64,000 nt of DNA from Paragordius varius (lineage: Eukaryota > Animalia > Nematomorpha): positions 12,152,001-12,216,000 of the forward strand of contig OZ176051.1 of NCBI GenBank assembly GCA_964247055.1, written 5' to 3'. Of the stretch, positions 39,081 through 58,253 are shown piece by piece. A program made the translations under genes and the position numbers. A model generated the notes under the pieces. The model was not told the DNA's origin, did no database searches, and saw only the letters and a program-made list of their open reading frames with translations. Each line of letters begins with the position of its first letter. Position 1 is the stretch's first letter.

Positions 39081-41063
39081 TTAATCACGATTTCTTGATT
39101 TGTGTTTGCATGATTTTTTATGGGATTTATGTTTGTGTTTATGAGGTTTTTTGTTTTTTCCTCCGGGATCTTTACCTTTATTTGTCGTAAAACGAGATGG
39201 AGAGTTTTGTGTTTCACCATAACCTAAGATTAATCGATTGTGTGAATTGACGCTATTCACTGTTCCTTTTAAAAGTGCGGTATCAATTTTACGAGATCGA
39301 AACCTAAAAAATGGATAAAATTCGTTATTAATTTGTAGTTCAAGGCCAAATATGGGAATTTTATACATTGCAAATCGATTGATGTTGCATTTTAACCATA
39401 ATTTCCGTAATGTAAATTTATGATTAAATTATTAAAAAAATAATTCGTATTTATATTTGATTAACAGTTAAAGATTATTTGATATTAAATGTCATAAAAA
39501 TATAGAATCAAGGAATTATATTGTTTCGTAAAATTGTTAACAAGAATTCAGCAAATAATCAAATATGTCATAATACCATGACTTTCGTTTAATATAAGAA
39601 AGGTTAATGATTTAAAACAAAATCTAATTAAAAATATATTATATGTCGCAATTAAAATGCGCCGAAATATAAAAATAATTGAAATGACCGGTATTACATA
39701 CATTATTAACTTAGCAAAAATTTAGATAAAACAGGTAGGGGTGAATAATAAAGTGAAATTAACCTTCATGTTTTTTTGTTTATGCTGTCCAATGTAGAAT
39801 TTTAAATTTTAGCCCTAGGATAAAAACCCACTTTACTTCATAAATTTCAATATGAAATGGCGACGAAACAGTTTGATGTATATCTTTATCAAAATTAAAA
39901 TCTATTTATATGTTTTAGCTTAGTAATTATATTCTTGAAATTGATTAAACTGCCCTTTCAATATTATGCAATAAAATCTTAAATTTAGGATCCCACTTAA
40001 GGAAGTTTGAATAAAATTTAACCAATTTTACGTATTTTTAATCTATGAATGATATGGGTTTGAGTTTTACTGATTAATAGATAATACCGGTCTAATTGCT
40101 TTAACACGTGGTTATTAAAATTTTAACAATATTCAAAGATTATGTTTTATGAATGCGTTTAGCGATTAAAGGGAACTTTAAATAATACAAAATAATTAAT
40201 AATGTAAAAAATATTAGCGAAATTTTACAAAACTTATATTATCAATAGAAAGCCATGGTATTTTGACCTCATTTAACAAGACCAAATCATGTGGGCTTTA
40301 TTAGAAAAATGAAATTACAAAAAGGTAAAACCTTGAATAAATATTACCCCACGCTATATATAGATAATACATACTATTTGCAATTAAAATTGACCCTACA
40401 CAAAGTTCTTTATACGTAAAGTAGGAAATGTACACTTAAAAAGCTTATAGATTAGAGCGATAACTTATTGAATAATTTATTTTTGTGAACGTATCTATAA
40501 ACCTTTTTCTAAAACATTTTTTTTGTTATTACTCATCAATGTCCATAATTATAAAATAATAACCAGAATAACTTATATATGATAAAATTAGAGGTTTGAG
40601 CAAATTAATTAAAAGCAAAAACTGTTATAAAATGAATGGATGGATAGTTTAAAATAATTATTTAGGATAAATATACAACCCTATATTTATCCAGATATAA
40701 ATACATTTATAATGAAATTTGGGAACCCATTTTCTAAATTTTTCAAAAATCGCAAAATTTTGTAAAAGCAATTTGCTGACTTCAAATATTTGGAAAAAAT
40801 TTATTTAAATTAAATTCGTATCAATTTTTAAAATTATATTAACAAAAACATATTAATAATACCCGGATAATTAAATTTTGCCAAAGATTAATATAACTGA
40901 AAGAAAATTTAAATTTTTCCTAAACTTAAAAAGTGAATTACCAAGCAGAAGTTCCAGTAACTTCAGCTTTTTTAGTTAACTTTTCAACATCATTGAGTAT
41001 TTCCTTTATGGCCAAGTCTCGTAATTCTTCCTCGGATAATGGACAGGATTTGGGAATTTCCAT
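39081..41063 (-). CDS. POLR1D isoform-2-like small basic protein (not the AC19/RPAC2 polymerase subunit), 114 aa
   Basis: Exons 41063-40942 and 39303-39081 give MEIPKSCPLSEEELRDLAIKEILNDVEKLTKKAEVTGTSAW|FRSRKIDTALLKGTVNSVNSHN...KKPHKHKHKSHKK. Compare human ELERKAIEELLKEAKRGKTRAETMGPMGW...TNKRFLINTIKNTLPSH plus a basic His/Lys tail. Confidence 0.75.
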
Positions 41064-41152
41064 CTCACGTTAATTCCCGACATGGATAAAACCACATGAT
41101 TTATGTTGTTGCTGTAATGTAGGGACGATCACATTTTATAAAACTAAAAATA
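41064..41152. promoter_or_regulatory. Putative 89-nt bidirectional promoter region between the POLR1D-iso2-like and CSK start codons
   Basis: Minus-strand ATG at 41063-41061 and plus-strand ATG at 41153-41155. Inferred from geometry only. Confidence 0.5.
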
Positions 41153-47614
<6,462 letters not shown>

Positions 47615-48633
47615 AATTACCAACATTCTTGTTTTTGTAAAATAATTACCGATTGCTAATAAATTATTGTAAAAAGAATTCTTAGCTCCATTCATCTAAA
47701 TTATATATTAATTGCATTAGAAAATTATTTTTTTTGTAAATTATTCCATTTCCCTATATTAATTAATATATGGAAATTTTTGTTGTCTTGGTGGTCTATA
47801 CCTAATTATATTAATTTTTTATACTTAAACGCTTAAAATTATATAAATATTTAATTAATTTTTTTTTCATTTTTGGCATTTATTAATAAAGACATTTCTT
47901 TTCAAACATATTATCCAGCATTTATATAATTATATATCAAATTATCGAATATTTTCATTTTAAAAAAACAATAATTATATATAGTTTTATATATTCGATA
48001 CATATTATGTCAATGTACAATAATAACTATAATTATAACAATAAATTATTAGGTTATTCTATTAAATTATCATGTTATACAAACAAAAGAGTTTGTTATC
48101 TCTATTTCTTTTAGATATTAAATAGTTGATTGTGCTAGGGTAAAAATTTTGACTAAATTAAAATTTAAATAAATACCTGGCTGGGCGTTTTTGAAAGAGT
48201 TTAATACAAACTTATGTTTTCATAAAGGAATTAGTAAATCATATTTGTTTCAATAGTTTTTAATACTGTATAAATTATTAATTTAATCATAATTGAATGA
48301 ATGTTTCAAGATGGAATTCAAATTTTAAAATATTATTATATCAAATCATGATTGCAAATTTGGTATATTATTTTAAAAGCATTAGAGAAGGTTGAAAATG
48401 CGTTCATCTGCCTTTATCTCGATGGCAAATTTATTTTTTCGATAAGGTTAGCTGTTTATCAAATTTCATGTTTGGAAGGTATTGATATATATTTTTTATA
48501 GGTAACAATCTCTAATTTTTAATAAATTAACCAAGTAATAGAATCTAATTTATTTACACAATTTTATAATAACAATGATATAATAATAATAATATAAGAG
48601 ATACCAAATTATGCATGTAAATTGATGATTTGG

Positions 48634-51600
48634 TTAGGCTTCTTCTGTCGATAATGTAAAAGTAGTCGGAGTTTCAGTAGCATTTTCAAGATTTAAAACT
48701 GCAGTGTTTGTGGGATCGAATTCTAATTTAATTTCTACATTGTTAATAAACATGCAATTTATGATTTATATGCAAAATTTTGGGAAATAATGGTAATAAA
48801 ATAACGCTAAAAACGCATTAAAAATTATTAACAAATATTTATTGAGTTGTAAAATTACATAAAGAATATCATTCTTATCTGAAAAGTTAAATAATTTAAG
48901 TAGTTTTTACCCTTATTTTGACTTGATAATATACATACTGCATTACAATTTAATATGCATCAACAAAAGCAATAATAATTCCTTTTAAACAAAACAGTTA
49001 TTTCCAAAATTAAATACAGGAAAAATTATAATTATAAGGACAAAGGGTAAAAATATAAATACAAATATTTTTTGTAAAAGACAACCATACTTTTTAAATC
49101 TTGATTTTTTTATAAGTTATAAATAAATATTTATATTGGTAAAACTATCAATTATATATTTTACAATTGTAATAAAATAATTTATATGCGAAAAATTCTG
49201 CAGTTTTTATAAAAAAATATTTGTCTTTATATTTTTACGTTTTGTCCGCATAATATACCATTTACACTTCAAATTTACCCTGGAACAATGCAAATTCACC
49301 TAAAATATATTATACGTTTTAAAATTAAAAATTACCTATATTTTTAATATTTTCTAATTTAAAATAATACTGAAAACATAATAAACTAAGCCATAAAGAT
49401 ATATTTAATATTAATAATGAGTTATTTAAAGCCCAGAAACATAAAACTTATTTATAAGGTGAATATGAATTGTTCAAGGGTGAATTTGAATTGTAAATGG
49501 TATATCAATTTTTACTGTAAATCCAAGGTAAAACTCACTTTTAACTACGGGACTACTTTTATTCTCGCCCATTGGTGATGTCATTTCACTAGTTTCAAAG
49601 AGAGTCTTATTATGTGCGTTATCTTGATTTAACAATCTTTTTTTGCTTTGATATCCATCCTCTTTGGAAGAAAAGTTAGCGATTTCATATTGTTTTATAT
49701 CCTCATTATTTTGGCTCATAAAAAATTTATCAATTTCCTCATTTAAGCCATTAACGACCAAATCTTTTTCAGTGTTAGAGCTATTATGTTTAGAGTTTGA
49801 ATCGCAATGTATAATTTTACATTTTGTGTAATCGTTGTAACACGCGATCCGATCATCCGACATGTGAAAAACTATAAACCAATAAAAATTATTAGTGATG
49901 GCACAAATAATAATAATTTAATTAAAAATATTTATATTTCAAATAAATAAAACAAAAGCTGGCAATTAATAATTAACTCAATCGTAATTATTGTCAACTA
50001 TAGATGTTTTAGTCACCATCAGGAATACTGGCTTAAAAACCCTAATATTTGATATACTCCCTCATATTTTAGAGTTTTAGCGAAATAATTTAATAAATTT
50101 AAGATATTTTTTAGAAAATTCTTACGGATAGAAAGGACACTTTTAAAACACATTTTACAATGTGTACATTGGTAATATGTCATATCATGCGGTATATAAT
50201 TGGTTTTGTTGAAGGTGTTTTCTTTTCTCTGTAATTTCGTTACTGAAGACAATGCAGTTTTAATTTTAGACTTGATATTAACAAAATTTTTATTGGGCAA
50301 ATTAAATTTTTGTTGAGCAGCCATAACAATAGTCACATTTGGGTACTCTGGATTAAGGCTATGTAAAGGGATATCTTTTTGATGTTTGTCCAAAGCTCTG
50401 TAACAGCATGTGGAGTATAAACAGAGTTTACATCGTTTTCGTTTCCTATTATGGACATATAAAAATTTGTAATATGTAATAAATTTATTTTATATATTTT
50501 TTCAAAAATAAAAGAATTCTAATATTCATTAAAAATAAAAATCCAATTTGGAAGATACAAATTTTATTTTTCGTAAGCTGTAACTTAAAACTAATGGGTT
50601 TTTGTATATAGCTAACAATATCAAATAATTTTAACACCCTTAATCCGATATACAGTCATATCTGTCATTATAGATATTTTAGATTTAAATTGTTTTTTTG
50701 AAAATAAACAAAACTTAGTATTTATGTCAACAGTATGCCTTTTGTTATTGTTAATGTATTAATATTATTTCACTAACTTTAAAACACAAAAAATTTTACA
50801 GATTTAATAACTTTTAAATAAGATTTAAATACTACTTGAAATGTTCAGCCGTCCGTATAAGCTTATTACACTCTAAACATCTTAGACCAACAATTATTTC
50901 ACTTTTTATGTCAAATTTAGTGGGCAGAGTTTGTGATAACTTGGTAAAACTCCCAGAGGTCTCATGCTTCTTTTTATCCAAAGTGGTATTATTAACTTTA
51001 GCCGTATTATTAAAAGTGGGGATATTAATAAGAGATTTCGTGCTTGATTTGGATATAGAAGTTACCATGGTTTTGGGTACATTCTAGAAATATTACATTT
51101 TTAAAATTATAATACAAAATAATGATATCTTCTTTTACTTTCATTGCTTGATTAAAAAAATATTTTTATTACACTCTTCATTCGCTCGAATTTTACAAAT
51201 TTTAGTAAAATACTATCAACAGTCAACAATGGTTCGGACAATTTCAAAAAAGGTGCGTAAATCCCTAAGATTTCAATCATCATTAATAACTCATTAAAAA
51301 TGAATAAGCACCAATTTTAATAGTTTTAAACCTTAAATCGGTTCAAACTTGAATGTTAAGCCGATAGAGGATAATGTAACGATAATTAAAAAAATATATA
51401 TACTCATAAAATTATCCATTATTAGGTGATATTGAATTCACGAAAAAAGGAATAATATATATAAATATTTTACCAAAATCTTTTTATGAGAACTTGCAGG
51501 TGTTATCAAAGATTGTTTTGTGGGAGCGACTTTTGGGGTGTAGAAAGTAGTCGATTGTCGATTATTATTTATTTTGCCAGTTTGGGTATTGGATTTACCT

Positions 51601-54600
51601 GTTGTATTAAATGTGAAAAAAATGTGTAATAACTTAATTTTAATTTTTTTTAATGATTATATTTTTATGTTATTGTAAATAACAGTTAAAATTAGGCAAT
51701 TTAAAAAATAAAAAACTGGATATATCCTAAAATAAAAAAATTATATTAAAAAACACTTCAAATTATCCTTCTATATTCATGAATTTTTTTAAAACGCCAT
51801 AAAAAATGTTAATAATTGTCGTCGGGCTAAAAATTAAATTTAAAATAAACTCCAAAATTTCAAATCCTATATTTTCATTGGCCGAATAAATACTTTACAT
51901 ACGTGATAAAGTCGTGATTGGAGGTGTTTGTATATCTGTTTCTCCAGTTGTTGCTTTTTCGTCCTTTAAAGAATTGGCAATCGATTTTTTATTAGTTGTT
52001 AGGATAAAAGTGTCAGGATCAATCTTAGGTTTCCTAATTATTCGTGTATTCGAATAAGGTAAATTTTCTTCAGCCGTCCAGGCTTCAGGGTTATAACGGG
52101 CCAAAAGAGCCCAAAAATCAAGCAATTTCAATGGCATTTCAATCCCATTCGTTCGTTCTAACATAATAGTAGTTGTAAATTTTAGGAAAACAATATTGTT
52201 ATGTTACCACACAATTATTTAATGTTAGTTGGGTGATATAACCCTTTAAAGATTTTTGGTATTAATACATATAATTAAATGTATGTAAAATTATTATCTA
52301 TTAGAATATGTGATGTCTCCTTTTGCGTGAACAAACCTTTTGAACCTTATTTATTTTTCCTTTCGAAAAAAAATAATAACTTTAATATTGTTTTGCTTCA
52401 ATATTATTTCGTCGCATAATTGGTTTTAATATAATTTTTAGAACAAATTAAATAAATTTAACATTTTAAATGCCATTAATAGGTTTAAAAGAAAGTTTTT
52501 AAAGCGGGATTCATTTTAATGCTGACTAATGTAATTTGGTTGTGTCTATGATTTTTAAAATTTATTAATTACATTAAAATCTAGATTATAAATAACAAAT
52601 TTAAAAAGTCTTATTAATAACACATAAACTTAACAAATTTTCTCGTTATACAATATAATTTTTAATTTTCCTTTTGTGCCGTCCTTAACCATAAAATTAA
52701 ACTAGATTACATATTTTGCTGCAATAAAAAACATTGGTTACCGTTAGCAACCGCTGTGCCATTATTAAACAGGGCTAGGGGAACATCCCCACCGCCTCCG
52801 TTGGCCCCGTGATGCTTGGTCACGTGCTTGGCCTGCTGATCCACGTGGCAAAAGTTGAGTCGACACCGCGGACATGCAATTTGAGTGGACACAACCTCTC
52901 GACCAGCCAATAAATCTGTCTCATCAGGATGCGATTTACTTTTGGTTACGTGACGAGCCACGTGATTCCCATACACTTCCAGAGATGTGATCATTGGTCC
53001 AGAACCGCCAGCAGACGAGAGTACAGTTGATGTGGGTCTTGGCAATTTAACTATAACCAAACAGAATGGACACAAGAGAAAGAGGGTCCCTTTATGTAAC
53101 TGAAAATTAAAATAAAGTTTTATAATCATTAATCAATATAAACTCAAACCACTTATGTCAAAAGCTTGTTTCAAAGATATAGAAAAAAAAACTGGTTCCG
53201 ATGTTGAGCACTTTGTTATAACGACCCTGATTTTGATTCTAATATAAAAGGCCGGTTTCAATTCGACATTTTCGGTCTAGTTCAAAGCGCTGATTAAAAG
53301 AAAATCATCAAAACAAATGCATATTTCAAAAATAAATGAATGGTAGACTATTTACGCAAATTATAAAATATTAAACAATTTGACACGCTCAAAAGATTAA
53401 AATTAAAGTTTTATTGATACTAATTTCTACATTTGTATACGATACTAGTATAGATTAATGTGGTTCAAAAACAATTTAATCACAGATAAAAAACTGACAA
53501 TATGTAGAAAAGATGTTCTAAAAAACAAAGGTCAAGCTTGAGTTTAATATTCTTCACTAAAAACTAACCTGAGAAAAGTGTCTAATGGTGTCGGCATACG
53601 AGCTCGATTGAAATTCACATAATTGACACCAAAAGGGCATTTCTTGAACGTCGTGATAGCCGCTCTTTTTCTCATTCTTAAAGGCTTCATTTTCGTCTTC
53701 CTCGGTTACATCAAACGAACTGTTGGAATCATCTATATATCATAATAATTATAAAAAAATTCTATCTCGTTATAATTAAAATTATATAAAGAGGCACATA
53801 TATTTTTTTCACTTTTAAAAATATAAAATATGTGGTATTAAACTATTTATATTTAACAAAGGTAAAAAATATTTAAAATGAATAAAAACAGCCTAATTAA
53901 TTGCAACTTAAAACTGATGTATTTTACTTTTAAACTACCTTGATTAATCAAAAACTGATATTAGCCCCTATAATGAGGAAGAAAAGAATTTTCCTTTTTT
54001 TCTAAAAAAATAAATTAGAAGCTAGATCGGATCGTAACTAATCACCAAATATCAGCTTATAATGGGTGAGTGAAAACGTATAATTTCTTAAGCATAAATA
54101 CCCTTTTTATGTTTATCTGTCCCATTGCTTCCCATCATATGGATCCGGAGTTCGTGGAAGTTTGCAAAATGAAGTTCACAAAACAGGCAAGCATTTTCAG
54201 GATTAAAATGTGCATTGTGGACCTTAACCTCGTGACATTGTTTGTCGTGAGACGAATCAAAAGCTCGGAAACAGTATTTACATCTATGTTCATCACGACA
54301 CATACTTTCATAAGCAGCTAAAAACACAATATAAGATACAATATCATTCATCCTGAATAAAAGAGTAAATATAATAGAATTCAAAGCTTAAGAAATTTCG
54401 TATCTTTATAAAACACGCTATATATTTTATAATAACATGTAACAAAACAAATGGAGACACCAAATTTTATATTAATGGTAAAATGAAAGCTCTAAGACTC
54501 GTACTCCGAGATAATATAATTTATGTCCTAAACAAGCTTAACTAATTACAGTATGCTGTATCATTGGTTGGTTTTATAAGTTAACAATTTTGTGATATGG

Positions 54601-57600
54601 TAAAAATAAAAATATTTTTGCGCTAAAATTTACATATTAAACCCGTATAAATAAAAATAAGACGGTTTACTTAATTTTCATAAACAACTTTTATAATATA
54701 AGTGGATAACACTAGACAACAAATTTTAACTTTTTTTAACTGCCATTCTTGTAAATTTAAAATTTATTTCATTAAAGTGCATAATCAGTATATCTGAAAA
54801 GAAAATTGGTCTAGCATGGAAGGATTTTTTTTATTAGAGTTTATCGATAATTTTTGACCCCGATTTAACATTAAACTCGAAATATCGAAAATAAAAAGTT
54901 TTAGATATGAAGCCATGTATTTTATATTATTCGAAAGAGCGCAAAAAACTGCATCTTTTAAATGGTAGTAAGTCATTTATCAATCGGATGTAATAGTTAT
55001 TTGGATTTAAATGGTCGAAATTTTCAATCCATAAATAAGTCAAGAATTTTCTTAGACAAACTAATTTGAAAATCATATAAATTATTTTAATATAATTATT
55101 AGGGTTATATTAGTATTTAATTTAAAAAAAATGTTTGAAAAAGCTTTTGGTTTGCTTTTTTTAATAAAAATTATTATTATCATAAATATTTTACCTAGTG
55201 GACACTAAAATGCATAGTTATAACTGTATTATTACATAATGGCTATAAAAGATCAAAAATACCTTAAACTTTGTTTTTATCTTTAAAATTTAGAAATTAT
55301 CAGCCTTGTAAAGAAAATAAATTAATATTGATGAGATGGTAATTTTAAAAAAACAAAAAACGTAAAAATGGCTGTTTTGAGTGACATAAAAGCAATAAAA
55401 AAAATGTTTTAATCAAAAAAACTTTTTTGTGTTATTTTTTTTGGACATTCATTACCATCTAAACAAAGTTTGAGCTATTTTCATCCATTAGATTTAAAAA
55501 TATAATAATTAAAAAAAAGCTCTCGCTTCGCGCGTTTGTCGCTCTTTGTGTCCAATAGTAACTGTCGATGTAATACATATTAGTATGCATTTTATAGAGT
55601 TTTTATTACTCTTTCGAATGATATATTACAAATGGGCATTACTTGTATATTTTCAAAGAAAAATATTTTTTAGTACAATTTTGATAAAGAGGGCGCATAA
55701 TCAAAAATATCAAATTATACAAAATTCTTCCAACGAGTTATAATTTTTATTTCAGAAATACTGTTAAAATGATACTAAATATCAGAAAATTTAAAAAACT
55801 CGAGTGGCAGAAAAATTTGTTGTCCAGTGTAATATATTTCATTTTAAATATAAAAAAACATTTTTTTAATATTAAAACAATTATAATCACCAATTCAATG
55901 TGACTTAATTTCTAAAATTGAATGTGAAAAATCCTTGTATAAAAATAAAGTTGAAACTTTATTTTTAAAATAAATTGTATAGAAATTGGCAAAGCTGAAA
56001 CAAACTTAAAAGGCTCTTTAATTATTAAATATATAATATGGGTATATTAATAGTGGCATTATTTGAAGAAATATTTCATGCAAAATAAATTTTAAGCAGA
56101 TGGTAAAAAAAATTTAATTTAAAATTTTTATTTAAAAAACTACATTTTATTGTGAAAGATTTAAAGAATACTTATCATATATTACCTTTGTAGTGTTTTA
56201 GGATATGAATCATACCGGCTATATTATCAGTAAAAACGGTTGAACATTTATGACACTTTAGAGAAACGTTGTCGGACAATTTATTCGCTAAATTATTTTG
56301 ATTGTTGGCAATGTTAGGGTCTTCGCGACACCCATAAAAATACCGGATTACATCTGCATAAACATATAAATATATAATGGAATAAAAATTATAAATATTA
56401 GCAGTAAAAAATAAATTGCCTTCACATGGTTAATACAGAGTTATATGCAATTAAAGTAAAAATGAACGGAAAATTCAAATTCAACTTTATATAAAATTTG
56501 TCTTTAAGCACTACTATAACCAAAATTGTAAATGCCGTTTCACTGGTAAATATTTTTACAAAACGTACCAAAAAAAAGATTTAAATGTTTTTTATGCCAA
56601 TATTAGAAAATTGTACTTCTGTGTGATTGAATTACAATTAATAACAGTATAAAAAGTTTATATTTAATTTTTTAACATTCAAAACGCATATTACCTTAAT
56701 TTTCGCTAATCCTAATAAATTTTTTACCCTCAGTCTACTATTTATGTTTTTTCACAATTTCTAACTTTAGCAAAAAAAATTTTAAATAAATTGTCCCTTA
56801 ACAAATTAAGGATGCAAAATGTTAAATATATTTGACTAACATTAAACACTAATTATGCATAAAAGGGATAGTTTTACCAGTGTAGGTGTTAATGATAGGT
56901 TTCGCTTGCGGTATATTTGAAGTATTAGCTTGCTCTTTGACCTGATTAGCATTGTTGGGCTTTGTTTCACTCAAATTTTTTCCCAATAAAACTTTATTGC
57001 TTTTTTCATTATCCTGTATATTTGGCTGAGAATTGTTGTAAGATGTAACAGGCTTATTTTTATTGGGACTTGTTGATTTCGTAATTTTAATTTTAGTCGA
57101 CTGAAATGATACTTGTGGTGCGTTATGTTGCAATTTTTCTATAGTTTAATAATTAAAATAAAGAGTCAATAATAGATATTATTAATATATATAAATACTA
57201 TATATTTTAGAAGCTGTATATAATTTTTAAAATAAATTTTTTGATATATAACGCTAAAGTAACATTTTAGAAAATTATGAAATATAAATGGTTTAAGGCT
57301 TATATATCAACTTTTTAAAAAATTCCTTTTGTATTTCCGAATCGAGTGGCCGTTAGTTGTATGTTCAGTGTCTTTGGTATCATCTGTATGATCGTCTGTT
57401 TGTAAATTACTTTTGTCATTTAATATATTTTTGGATGATTTATCGTTAACAGTGCTTGCCAAATTTGATATAGGGGTGTGTGATTCCTTATATGAATTAA
57501 CCAAATTATCAACATTAATATTTTGCATTAAGGCCACAATAGGTTCGTTAACTGCCGGCATTTTAGAAGATAAAAATGGTTTAGGCTCACGACGTTTATC

Positions 57601-57973
57601 AAAAAGTTTGCTATCATTTTTTCGTGAAACCACATTCTAAAATTAATTGCATAAATACCGTTTTGTTTGAGTGATAAAGTTTCAATTTATAATCCAAAAA
57701 TTCAAGTTCCTTTATAAAGGCATCATACAGCTCCCATTGACGTGATAAGTGATTTAACTGAGATTCACTCAATTTTTCGTCTTGACATATCATTATATAT
57801 GGTTCAACATTTGACATCTTTGTGATGGGCCTACTAGGTCTGTCCATAATTTCATCAATTAAATCAGGATCATAAACTGCTGACTCTTGCCGTGAGTTAT
57901 ATTTCTCCATATTTAGGGACAAAGTACTGGATGCAATACTTTTCCTTGCTTTATTTATTTTTAGGCCTAACAT
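48634..57973 (-). CDS. ZNF280/POGZ/Drosophila row-like multi-C2H2 zinc-finger protein without a pogo transposase domain (5' end uncertain)
   Basis: Spliced exons give YFYG...KCHKCSTVFTDNIAGMIHILKHY, CKYCFRAFDSSHDKQCHEVKVH, CLFCELHF, EMPFWCQLCEFQSS, LLCPFCL, CPRCRLNF...KHVTKHH and RCLECNKLIRTAEHF|KKRKRCKLCLYSTCCYRALDKH, matching the order and spacing of the POGZ/ZNF280 finger array. The last exon ends TEEA* at 48634. Confidence 0.82.
49017..49517. mobile_element. Tc1/mariner-like MITE (same family as 46978-47198) with TA flanks, interrupted by MITE copy 4
   Basis: TA|CAGGAAAAATTATAATTATAAGGACAA ... TTGTCCGCATA[insert]ATATCAATTTTTACTG|TA. Confidence 0.7.
49253..49505. mobile_element. ATATACCATTT-family MITE, copy 4, nested in the right TIR of the Tc1-like MITE
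   Basis: Both TIRs (ATATACCATTTACA / TGTAAATGGTATAT) are intact, with the same internal core as copies 1-3. Confidence 0.85.
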
Positions 57974-58211
57974 TTGAAAATCAAAATATGTATGCGGGCG
58001 TGAATCAAAGACTGTCTCATATGAGTGAATTTACACAGTGCCCCAAATCAGGGCTAGAATAAAATATGCCTTTATTTCCATGATTTATCATTGTATTCGG
58101 CATTAGGAACTTATGATTGCGTAAAACAGAATTTATTAAATTCTCTCACAAAATCTAGGGTATAAAATTATTGATGATATAAAAAAACAGTGTTCAAAAA
58201 TATCGTGATGC

Positions 58212-58253
<42 letters not shown>

